Shown one piece after another: positions 1-6,861 of a stretch of DNA of 13,974 nt (position 1 is the stretch's first letter; the number at the start of each line of letters is the position of its first letter). The position numbers were made by a program, and so were the translations under genes. This DNA is from Bacteroidota bacterium. Its GTDB lineage: Bacteria > Bacteroidota > Ignavibacteria > Kapaibacteriales > DASPKH01. The notes under the pieces were generated by a model that made no database searches, was not told the origin of the DNA, and worked only from the letters and a program-made list of their open reading frames with translations. Where the stretch lies: positions 1 to 13,974 of the forward strand of contig JAZKFS010000113.1 in the NCBI GenBank assembly GCA_040386315.1, in the 5' to 3' direction.

Positions 1-326
1 AAGACCGAATGCATCACAAACCGAATGAACTTTCCGGCGGGCAGCGCCAGCGTGTAGCAATTGCCCGTGCGCTTGTTACAAAGCCATCTATCATTCTTGC
101 CGATGAACCAACGGGAAACCTGGATTCCAAAACAGGTGTGGAGATCATGCGCCTTTTTGAAAATATCTGGCGTCAGGGAAATACGGTAATTCTCGTAACG
201 CACGAAGAAGATATTGCGCGTCACGCACACCGTATTGTTCGCCTGCGCGATGGTTTGGTAGAATCTGATACGATAAATCCTGATCCGGTTACATTTGCGC
301 CGATTGATGAAAGTATTGCGCTATAG
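1..326 (+). CDS. ABC transporter ATP-binding protein, C-terminal part (MacB/LolD-like); 5' end lies outside the window
   Basis: The translation contains the ABC signature [15 protein letters not shown], the Walker B motif [11 protein letters not shown] and the H-loop VTHEED. The ORF-track Met at 9 is internal, so the reading frame is open from base 1. Stop TAG at 324-326. Two FtsX permease genes follow on the same strand. Confidence 0.9.
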   Translation, partial: DRMHHKPNELSGGQRQRVAIARALVTKPSIILADEPTGNLDSKTGVEIMRLFENIWRQGNTVILVTHEEDIARHAHRIVRLRDGLVESDTINPDPVTFAPIDESIAL

Positions 327-370
327 TTTTTAAAAAGTATTTTAAAAAACTATATAGAATTTAGTTCTTA

Positions 371-405
371 TCCCCCTTATTAAGGCGGACAAAGGGGGAC
401 TTTCA
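371..405. repeat. G/C-rich hairpin repeat (CCCCCTT-loop-AAGGGGG followed by ACTTTC) in the ATPase-permease spacer
   Basis: The 7-bp stem 372-378 / 392-398 encloses a 13-nt loop. The sequence is closely related to the reverse complement of 5813-5849 (tcccccttgataagggggacaaaggggattcc). It also resembles the H1 module (tctccctt..aagggagactttc) of the larger repeat at 1736-1986. Confidence 0.5.
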
Positions 406-475
406 AGAAAACTTTTAAAGTATCTTCTTTAATCTTTAAAAGAATATACTTTTAAAAACAAAAATAACTACCCAA

Positions 476-1711
476 ATGAAATTCAGCGAACTCATAGAAT
501 CTATCCGCATTGGCTTCGACTCGCTCCGGGCGAACCTGATGCGCTCGCTGCTGGCGATGGGCGGTATCATGATCGGTATTACTGTCGTTGTGCTGATGGG
601 ATGGGCGCTCCAAGGTTTGGATAAATCACTGGAAGACACTATCAACCTACTCGGAACCGATATGCTTTATGTAGATAAATGGAATTGGGCAGGCGGAAAT
701 AACTGGGAAACGGAACGCGCGCGTAAAAACATCACACTGCAGCAGGCGAATGAGCTTGCAGAGCGGCTGACGAGCGCCGAGCTTGCTATTCCGCTTTCAC
801 AGCAATGGGGAAAGACGATCACGTATGGTGATGAAAAGCTGGCGGGAATTATGATAACGGGTACGCGCAGCGAATATTCCCTCACGCCCGCCGGAACAGT
901 AACTGAAGGACGATTTTTCTCTGCTGTGGAGGATAGATACAGCGCTAATTCCGCCGTGATAGGTTATGGAGTTTCATCAGTTCTCTTTCCAAAAGGAGAT
1001 GCGATCGGGCAGACGATTAAAATTACTGGGCATCCTTTTAAAATCATTGGCGTGATCGAAAAACGCGGTACAATGTTGCTCGATTTTGTGGATAACCAGA
1101 TATTTATTCCTCTCTCCTCCTCTATCGGATTATTCGGTAACGGCAAAAGTCTCTCAATTGCTGTAAAAGCAGGAAGCGAGGCGCGTTTAGATGAAGTGCG
1201 CATGGAAACTATCGGTCTGATGCGCTCTATCCGCAATGTCGCGCCCGGACAAAAAGAAGATTTCTCCATAAATGAATCCGAAGCTTTTAAAGAGCAGTCG
1301 GCTACCTTGCGTTTATCAGTATGGGGAGTTGGTATCGGTCTTACCTTAATTTCTTTTCTTGTGGGAATTATCGGTATTATGAATATAATGTTCGTGTCGG
1401 TAACAGAAAGAACAAAAGAAATTGGTATCCGCAAAGCTATTGGAGCGCGGCGAAGCTCCATCCTGCTACAATTTATCGTAGAATCCGCTGCATTATGCTT
1501 TGCAGGAGCTATTGTAGCATTTGTGATAAGTTCATTTTTCACGTTTGCTGTTACGAAAGCGATGGATATTAAATTCCTCACGCCGTATGTACCGCCGCAG
1601 CTTTTACTTATAGCAACATTGGTTTCTATTTTTGTTGGTATTATTGCGGGAATTATCCCGGCATTCCGTGCAGCAAAGCTTGATCCGGTTGAAGCTTTGC
1701 GGTATGAGTAG
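476..1711 (+). CDS. ABC transporter permease, FtsX/MacB family (N-terminal TM helix, periplasmic domain, C-terminal 3-TM FtsX domain)
   Basis: 411-aa ORF. It has an N-terminal TM helix (LLAMGGIMIGITVVVLMG), the conserved FtsX box ERTKEIGIRKAIGA, and hydrophobic C-terminal helices ending ...AKLDPVEALRYE. It is a paralogue of the next gene. Confidence 0.9.
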   Translation: MKFSELIESIRIGFDSLRANLMRSLLAMGGIMIGITVVVLMGWALQGLDKSLEDTINLLGTDMLYVDKWNWAGGNNWETERARKNITLQQANELAERLTSAELAIPLSQQWGKTITYGDEKLAGIMITGTRSEYSLTPAGTVTEGRFFSAVEDRYSANSAVIGYGVSSVLFPKGDAIGQTIKITGHPFKIIGVIEKRGTMLLDFVDNQIFIPLSSSIGLFGNGKSLSIAVKAGSEARLDEVRMETIGLMRSIRNVAPGQKEDFSINESEAFKEQSATLRLSVWGVGIGLTLISFLVGIIGIMNIMFVSVTERTKEIGIRKAIGARRSSILLQFIVESAALCFAGAIVAFVISSFFTFAVTKAMDIKFLTPYVPPQLLLIATLVSIFVGIIAGIIPAFRAAKLDPVEALRYE

Positions 1712-1735
1712 TTTTTAAAAAGATTTTAAAACCAA

Positions 1736-1986
1736 GAGAATCCCTCTGTCCTTCGGACATCTCCCTTCCTAAGGGAGACTTTCTGTATGATTGTCATTCC
1801 TGCGGAGGCGGGAATCTCACTACAGTTAGACGCGTTGGGGATTTTCCTTTTTTTTAACAATACTTTTTAAAAACTCACAACATCATGTAGTCTCTTTCGG
1901 AGTGAGATTCCTGCCTCCGCAGGAATGACCACAGAAGAAAAAAAGTCTCCCTTAGAAAGGGAGATGCCGCAGGCAGAGGGATTCTC
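1736..1986. repeat. 251-bp composite imperfect palindrome: two inverted ~86-bp copies of a hairpin-bearing repeat unit flanking a 79-bp AT-rich centre
   Basis: The left arm is 1736-1821 (gagaatccctctgtccttcggacatctcccttcctaagggagactttctgtatgattgtcattcctgcggaggcgggaatctcact). The right arm is 1901-1986 (agtgagattcctgcctccgcaggaatgacc...agtctcccttagaaagggagatgccgcaggcagagggattctc). The right arm is the near reverse complement of the left, with a few mismatches and indels. Each arm carries hairpin H1 (tctccctt/aagggaga) and hairpin H2 (attcc/ggaat). A second copy of the unit is at 10915-11113. Confidence 0.75.
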
Positions 1987-2016
1987 TTATACTTTTAAAA
2001 GACTTTTTAAAACCCC

Positions 2017-3246
2017 ATGAACATCCTCGAATCTATAATGATCGCCCTCGAAGCTGTTCGCAGCCAGAAACTGCGGTCTGCGCTGACGCTGCTGAGTATC
2101 GCTATCGGTATTTTTGCTATTATCGGCGTGGGAACGGCTATCACGTCGCTTGATGGTGCTATCACGGGGCAGCTGGCGAGTATGGGCGAGAACTCGTTTG
2201 TTATAAAACGTACGCCGAGCATCCAGACAGGAAATTCGTGGCGTAAATACAGGAAGCGCAAGCCCATCACCTATTCGCAGGGAGAGGATTTTAAAAGGCG
2301 GATGGAGTCCACCACGCAGATCAGCATGAGCAATTCCACAGGTGGAATGACAATAAAGGCGGCTACGCTCTCCACCAATCCTGATGTATCTCTCACCGGC
2401 TGCGATGATGTATATTTCAGCAATAATAGTATTGATGTTTCCGAAGGGCGGCCTTTCGCGGCGGATGATATTTCTCTCAACCGTCCGGTGGCGCTGATCG
2501 GGAATGATGTGGTGGTAAAACTTTTCCCTTATTCCACTCCCATCGGGCAGAGAATTACCATACAAAATCAATCTTATACTATCATAGGACTTTTAAAAAC
2601 AAAAGGGGCGATGCTGGGACAGAGCCAGGACAATCAGGTACTGATCCCCATCTCACACTTCATGCGGTACTTTACCAATGAGTGGGAAGAGTCCATTGAT
2701 ATAATGGTGCGGGCGGATAATCGCCAGGCATTGCCGGAAACGTTAGATGAAGCGATCGGTACGCTACGCGCCCTGCGCAATGTAAAGCCCTGGGAAGAGA
2801 ATAATTTTGAAATAGAAACGGGCGAATCCCTTGCCGAACAGTTCGCGGGGTTTACCGGGTTTTTGTCGAACTTTGGTCTGCTGGCGGGGGGATTTGCGCT
2901 GGCGGCGGCGGGGATCGGCATTATGAATATTATGCTCGTCACCGTCAAGGAACGCACCCGCGAGATCGGTATCCGCAAGGCAATAGGCGCGCGCAGCACA
3001 TGGATACTCACGCAGTTTATCGTGGAGGCCATCACGCTATGCCAGCTGGGGGGTATTATTGGTATTATCCTCGGTATTTTTGGCGGCTGGGGCCTGAGTT
3101 CGCTTATGTCGCTCCCGCTTTCACTTCCCGTGGGGTGGATAGTAGGCAGCGTGGTGATCTGTACGCTTATCGGCCTCTGCTTTGGGGCATATCCCGCGTG
3201 GAAAGCTGCTAAGCTCGACCCGATAGAAGCTCTACGGTATGAGTAG
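2017..3246 (+). CDS. ABC transporter permease, FtsX/MacB family (second paralogue)
   Basis: 409-aa ORF. N-terminal TM helix (LTLLSIAIGIFAIIGVG), FtsX box ERTREIGIRKAIGA, and a C-terminus ...AKLDPIEALRYE that is almost identical to the end of the preceding permease. Confidence 0.9.
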   Translation: MNILESIMIALEAVRSQKLRSALTLLSIAIGIFAIIGVGTAITSLDGAITGQLASMGENSFVIKRTPSIQTGNSWRKYRKRKPITYSQGEDFKRRMESTTQISMSNSTGGMTIKAATLSTNPDVSLTGCDDVYFSNNSIDVSEGRPFAADDISLNRPVALIGNDVVVKLFPYSTPIGQRITIQNQSYTIIGLLKTKGAMLGQSQDNQVLIPISHFMRYFTNEWEESIDIMVRADNRQALPETLDEAIGTLRALRNVKPWEENNFEIETGESLAEQFAGFTGFLSNFGLLAGGFALAAAGIGIMNIMLVTVKERTREIGIRKAIGARSTWILTQFIVEAITLCQLGGIIGIILGIFGGWGLSSLMSLPLSLPVGWIVGSVVICTLIGLCFGAYPAWKAAKLDPIEALRYE

Positions 3247-3271
3247 CAGCTCCCTACAATATATAATGCAG

Positions 3272-3314
3272 AAAGGCGGAAAAGTTTTAAAGCTCTTCCG
3301 CCTTTTTGCGTTTT
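3272..3314. terminator. Rho-independent terminator (bidirectional geometry) downstream of FtsX permease 2 and of the convergent PIN gene
   Basis: The sequence aaaggcggaa-aagttttaaagctc-ttccgccttt forms a perfect 10-bp GC-containing stem. It is followed by tttttgcgtttt and preceded by an A-run on the opposite strand. Confidence 0.65.
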
Positions 3315-3330
3315 AAAGAGATACTATATT

Positions 3331-3729
3331 CTAACTACGTTTAAATTCATCAATTTTCTTAACCTGCACGGTTTTATCTATTCCCTGAAAATCATCCCAA
3401 TCATCAGTTATTAAATCCGCACCTAAACTTTTGGCTGTCGCTAATATAATTGCATCAGGTAATTTAATTTTTCTGAGTGTATTTTTCCTGTACTCAATTA
3501 CCTGTTCGGCAATAGCAGCATGGACTTCTACTATATCCAGATTATTAAACATTTCATCAATTAAGCCCTTTTCGCTCTCCTCCGAAAAATTATAGCCATA
3601 TACTTCCATAAAGCTAATAATGGAAATATATACCTCATCATATATAGAAAGCAACCGCTCAATATCTATCTTTTGTTTAGAAGCAAAAATGATAACATTC
3701 GTATCCAGTACTACTTTATTCCCACTCAT
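3331..3729 (-). CDS. vapC: PIN-domain ribonuclease, VapC-like type II toxin
   Basis: The N-terminus MSGNKVVLDTNVIIF has the PIN signature. The usual conserved acidic positions appear to be present (D in LDTNV, E in SFMEV, D in DAIILATA, D in LITDDWDD). I use the second ATG (3727-3729) rather than the ORF-track start at 3762. This puts a PIN-typical N-terminus on the protein and leaves only a 14-nt overlap with the upstream small gene. Confidence 0.85.
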   Translation of the reverse strand: MSGNKVVLDTNVIIFASKQKIDIERLLSIYDEVYISIISFMEVYGYNFSEESEKGLIDEMFNNLDIVEVHAAIAEQVIEYRKNTLRKIKLPDAIILATAKSLGADLITDDWDDFQGIDKTVQVKKIDEFKRS

Positions 3730-3955
3730 CGCGCACCTTTCGCTGCCAGCCGGTAGGATCATCTATAGACGAAAACATATCATGCCCTTCCATTTTTTTA
3801 AAAGCGGTCAGCAGCGCTTTCTTCTTTGAAAGAAGATCATCAGGCACATCCAGGAGCACAATAATACGGGCATACGTATTCTCGTATTTATTATACTGCT
3901 CAGGCAGCCGGATCATGCCTTTCTCTATCTTGGTTGAGAATTCTAATGCATTCAT
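3716..3955 (-). CDS. Putative antitoxin partner of the PIN toxin (80 aa, family not recognised)
   Basis: A small ORF lies immediately upstream of vapC on the same strand and overlaps its start by 14 nt, which is typical type II TA architecture. The start is taken at MNALEFSTKIEKGMIRLPEQ... (ATG complement at 3953-3955). The longer ORF-track start at 4021 is possible but adds a hydrophobic, non-conserved-looking leader. An ACGT-rich near-palindrome (tttacgtaacgtaaa, 3981-3995) sits ~30 nt upstream and could be an operator. Confidence 0.5.
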   Translation of the reverse strand: MNALEFSTKIEKGMIRLPEQYNKYENTYARIIVLLDVPDDLLSKKKALLTAFKKMEGHDMFSSIDDPTGWQRKVRDEWE

Positions 3956-4032
3956 ATTATTTCTCTCGTAGTGTGATTTCTTTACGTAACGTAAAAATAT
4001 ACAAAGAATTTCATTTTGCATAGAAGGCTATT

Positions 4033-4067
4033 AAGCCTGACCCGATAGAAGCTCTGCGCTACGAGTA
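4033..4067 (+). other. Duplicated 3'-terminal fragment of an FtsX permease gene (encodes ...KPDPIEALRYE*), direct repeat of 3211-3246
   Basis: aagcctgacccgatagaagctctgcgctacgagtag (4033-4067) compares with aagctcgacccgatagaagctctacggtatgagtag (3211-3246) at 30 of 35 identical positions. The differences are mostly synonymous third-position changes, and the in-frame stop is retained. The two copies bracket the vapBC-like insert. Confidence 0.7.
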
Positions 4068-4098
4068 GGTTTTAAAACTTTTATTCTTTAAAAGAATA

Positions 4099-4130
4099 AA
4101 CGCCACCTTTTAAAAAGAGCGGCGTTTTAG
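4099..4130 (-). terminator. Probable rho-independent terminator downstream of the flotillin gene (minus strand), also 3' of the FtsX-remnant/TA region
   Basis: aacgcc (4099-4104) pairs with ggcgtt (4121-4126) around a 16-nt loop. On the minus strand the stem is followed by a T-rich tract (tttattctttt). An adjacent AT-rich hairpin ttattcttTAAAagaataa sits at 4081-4099. Confidence 0.4.
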
Positions 4131-4157
4131 TTTTAAAATGGGTTTGGTTTAAAAACC

Positions 4158-5693
4158 TTAATCCACCATCGTCCCATTGCCTTTTACTTCCTTTGCTTCT
4201 ACAATAGTCTCCGCCGCACTTTTTAAAACCGGCTGTGCATCGCTATTAGAAGAAAGGTGATTGAAAATATTAATACCGGTAGCATTTTCAATTGTTTCGG
4301 CAAGTGACAGGACCGCTGACGGCATCTGGTTGACGAGTCTGCCAAAGCTTCCACCGTTCGTACCGCCCTGATCTATCACGCTCATTTTATCAATATTGAT
4401 CTTATTGACCGTCGAGGTAAGCTGGGTGATAATTTCCGGCAGCATATTGAGGATAAATACTTTTTCGGCGTCTGTTCCGGCAGATTGATAGGTTTCGATC
4501 ATCGTTTTGATAACGCTCAGGCGGGCCTGTCCGCTTTCATTGATGGCAGCTGCTGCTCCCTGCGCTTCTAGTTCGGCTGCTTCTTTTTTCGCGCGGGCGG
4601 GTTCGATCACATCAGCCTGTAGTTTCTGCTGCTGGAGAATTACACGCGCGCGCTGTACTTCCTGCTCAAACTGTACGCGGGCTTTTTCGCCGGATGTGCT
4701 GGCTTCCTGTTCTTTTACGATAGCGATCTTGTCTAGTTCAGCTTTGCGCACACGCAGATTGTTATTTTCATTTTCCACCTGCTGCTGTGCTATTGCCTGT
4801 GCTACACGGAGTTCGCGGTCTGATTCGATATGCGCGGCCTGGATAGTTTGCTGTGCGCGTGTTTTGGCAACTTCTGCGCGTTGATGCGCTTCGGCCTGGG
4901 CTTCATCGGCAAATGCCTGCGCGGCTGACTGCGCTTTCTTTACTTCGCGCTCTGTATCAATTTGCGCTGATTTAATTCCCTGCTCCGATCTTGCTTTGGC
5001 AACTTCCACACGCAGGCGTGCTGTAGCTTCTGCTTCTTCTGCTTCGGCAGCTTTTTCGGCTTCTGTAGTACGTGCGGCGGCAATTACCTCGGCAGTTTTA
5101 CGGCGGCCGATGGAATCTAAATATCCCGACTGGTCGGAAATATTCTGAATTTTAAAAGTATCAAGGCGAAGGCCCAGTTGTTTTAGATCTTCATCAGCTT
5201 CTTCCATTAGACTGTGAGCAAATTTAAGGCGGTCTTCGTTAATTTCTTCCGGTGTAAGCGATGCGAGAACCCCGCGAAGGTTTCCTTCAAGCGTATCTTT
5301 TGCAATTTCATGTATTCCCTCCAACGGCTTACCCAGAAAACGCTCTACAGCATTTCCAAATGTCGGCTCGGTAGAATCAATTTTCACGTTGGCAATTGCT
5401 TCCACGCCAAGAGGAATTCCCCCTTTGGAATACGCATTATGCACACTCAGCTCGATGGGAATAGTTTCCAGCGACATCTTAGCCGCCTTCTCTAAAATAG
5501 GGATCCGCACCGCGCGACCACCACGAATGATCCTGTAACCGACTGTTGTCCCGTCCGTCAGCGTACGCGAACGCCCCGAAAGGATCATCACCTCATTCGG
5601 GTGAACGATAAACAAGAACCTGCTGATGAAAAACATCACGACAACCAAAGCCAGCAGGATAATTCCGCCGACACTGAATATAAATTCGACCAT
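4158..5693 (-). CDS. Flotillin-like SPFH/band-7 protein (YqiK/FloT family)
   Basis: N-terminal hydrophobic anchor (MVEFIFSVGGIILLALVVVMFF), an SPFH-like region, then a long Ala/Glu-rich coiled coil (AEAEEAEATARLRVEVAKARSEQ...) typical of flotillins. It lies directly downstream of an NfeD-like gene. The start is placed at the ATG with a GGAGG Shine-Dalgarno 8 nt upstream (ATG complement at 5691-5693), not at the longer ORF-track start 5771. Confidence 0.85.
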   Translation of the reverse strand: MVEFIFSVGGIILLALVVVMFFISRFLFIVHPNEVMILSGRSRTLTDGTTVGYRIIRGGRAVRIPILEKAAKMSLETIPIELSVHNAYSKGGIPLGVEAIANVKIDSTEPTFGNAVERFLGKPLEGIHEIAKDTLEGNLRGVLASLTPEEINEDRLKFAHSLMEEADEDLKQLGLRLDTFKIQNISDQSGYLDSIGRRKTAEVIAAARTTEAEKAAEAEEAEATARLRVEVAKARSEQGIKSAQIDTEREVKKAQSAAQAFADEAQAEAHQRAEVAKTRAQQTIQAAHIESDRELRVAQAIAQQQVENENNNLRVRKAELDKIAIVKEQEASTSGEKARVQFEQEVQRARVILQQQKLQADVIEPARAKKEAAELEAQGAAAAINESGQARLSVIKTMIETYQSAGTDAEKVFILNMLPEIITQLTSTVNKINIDKMSVIDQGGTNGGSFGRLVNQMPSAVLSLAETIENATGINIFNHLSSNSDAQPVLKSAAETIVEAKEVKGNGTMVD

Positions 5694-5768
5694 TATTGAG
5701 CCTCCGAAAAAAAATATGAAAAGTTTTAAGAAACTGTATATTTGAATTTTCTTAAAAGTCCCCCTTAT

Positions 5769-5849
5769 CAAGGGGGATTTAGGGGGATTTCTTTTGACGC
5801 GGAATCCCCTTTGTCCCCCTTGATAAGGGGGGGGATAAGATTCTTTAGT
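5769..5849. repeat. Cluster of two poly-G/C hairpins (tcccccttatcaaggggga and cccccttgataaggggggg) in the nfeD-flotillin spacer; relative of the 371-405 repeat
   Basis: Perfect 7-8-bp C5TT/AAG5 stems with 3-nt loops lie at 5770-5788 and 5825-5847. The reverse complement of 5813-5849 closely matches 371-405. These hairpins sit in the spacer between the nfeD stop and the floT start. Confidence 0.55.
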
Positions 5850-5894
5850 TGTTTTTTTTATATACTTTTTAAAAGCAAAATAGAATCTCCTGCT

Positions 5895-6476
5895 TTAAAG
5901 ATTCTCCCCATCACGCTCAATAACGAGCGCCATACCATCTTCCATTTCTACGATCAGTACATTCTCACCGTAATGAAAATCATTGCGAACGGCTACTTCG
6001 GAGACTTTAGCCGGAATTTGCAGGACTCTCCCGTTTACATCCACGCTGATTTTCCCTTTTTGTCCCCGCGAAATATCTACGAGTACACGGGCAGTAAATC
6101 CTTTTAGCGACTGCGTATGAAGTTCGGCGCCGGATTGGGATTTTGTGAGATATTTCATGGAATTATACATCAGCCCCGCTGAGAAAAAACCAAGTACTAC
6201 AGCCATAGTAAGCGTGAGCGAGGTAGAAAAACCCAGCCAGGTGAGCGTAGCCCCGGTCAAACCAAAAAAAGCGGCAAAGAAAATAAGATTACGCAAGCTG
6301 AACCACTGCGCTACTTCGGAAAAACCCGAACCCGTATGGGCGTGCGCAGGTAGATCAATATCATCGTGAGGTATATGAATATCCGTATCGTGCCCGATAT
6401 CATGGTGCCCGCCAAAAAGGGTAAACCCGATCAGGATACTTCCGGCAAGGAGACACATGAGGTAAATTTCCAGCAT
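5895..6476 (-). CDS. NfeD-like membrane protein (short NfeD/YuaF/YqiJ type) with C-terminal OB-fold; flotillin partner
   Basis: 193 aa. TM1 (LMCLLAGSILIGFTLFGG), a His/Asp-rich loop (HHDIGHDTDIHIPHDDIDLPAHAH), two further TM helices, then a β-rich C-terminal domain (GKISVDVNGRVLQIPAK...VLIVEMEDGMALVIER) typical of the NfeD OB-fold. Gene order nfeD then flotillin on one strand matches the widespread nfeD-SPFH operon. Confidence 0.8.
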   Translation of the reverse strand: MLEIYLMCLLAGSILIGFTLFGGHHDIGHDTDIHIPHDDIDLPAHAHTGSGFSEVAQWFSLRNLIFFAAFFGLTGATLTWLGFSTSLTLTMAVVLGFFSAGLMYNSMKYLTKSQSGAELHTQSLKGFTARVLVDISRGQKGKISVDVNGRVLQIPAKVSEVAVRNDFHYGENVLIVEMEDGMALVIERDGENL

Positions 6477-6592
6477 GGCGCGTTTTACGTTTTTTGTGGT
6501 GTGGAGTTTTAAAACGAACTTGCTGTAAATTAGGCAAAAGTATTTTAAAAATCAAGAACTTAATTTTGGCGTGATCATTTTTAAAAAGAAAA

Positions 6593-6627
6593 AAGCGGAG
6601 TGAAAAATATTCACTCCGCTTTTAAAA
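6593..6627. terminator. Rho-independent terminator (bidirectional geometry) between the protease/small-ORF unit and the nfeD-floT unit
   Basis: aaaaagcggagtgaa-aaatat-ttcactccgctttt forms a perfect 10-bp stem gcggagtgaa/ttcactccgc with a 6-nt loop, flanked by an A-run and a T-run. Confidence 0.7.
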
Positions 6628-6647
6628 GAATTTTATTACCAGCTTTT

Positions 6648-6785
6648 TTACCGTTTACGAATGAAAAGCGACGTTTGCTTTTTCTCTTTTAAACGTTTTA
6701 AAAGTGATTTGCCAAAAGTTGTAATTTCATCCTGCGATTTTTTCTCAGCATCTATCCGCTCAAAAAGTGTTTTTGAATCTTTCAT
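6648..6785 (-). CDS. Possible small basic protein (45 aa: MKDSKTLFERIDAEKKSQDEITTFGKSLLKRLKEKKQTSLFIRKR); speculative
   Basis: This is the inner Met of the 94-aa ORF-track entry. The longer version would overlap the 3' end of the protease gene by 70 nt. The ORF ends 20 nt before the strong terminator at 6593-6627, so it is at least part of that transcript. No recognisable domain and no clear RBS. Confidence 0.25.
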   Translation of the reverse strand: MKDSKTLFERIDAEKKSQDEITTFGKSLLKRLKEKKQTSLFIRKR

Positions 6786-6861
6786 TAAAAAAATCCCGAC
6801 TCTATAATTAATAAGAAAAGTATGCTGTGTAAACTCTCTTATCTTGTTAATTGTTCCTGAC

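Noticed and set aside
964-1581. 205-aa ORF on the minus strand antisense to FtsX permease 1 (similar antisense ORFs at 2634-3035, 1987-2571, 667-885)
   Set aside because: They lie entirely inside a strongly supported FtsX-family CDS on the opposite strand and have no recognisable motifs. Long antisense ORFs are typical in mid-GC coding DNA.
3620-3829. 69-aa plus-strand ORF spanning the toxin/antitoxin junction
   Set aside because: It is antisense to the overlapping vapB/vapC-like genes and has no supporting signal.
4507-4884. 125-aa Ala/Ser/Cys-rich ORF on the plus strand inside the flotillin gene (also 5214-5495 and 5742-6107)
   Set aside because: It is antisense to the flotillin coiled-coil region, whose GC-rich repetitive codons (GCN/GAA) generate stop-free antisense frames. 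The translation is low-complexity.
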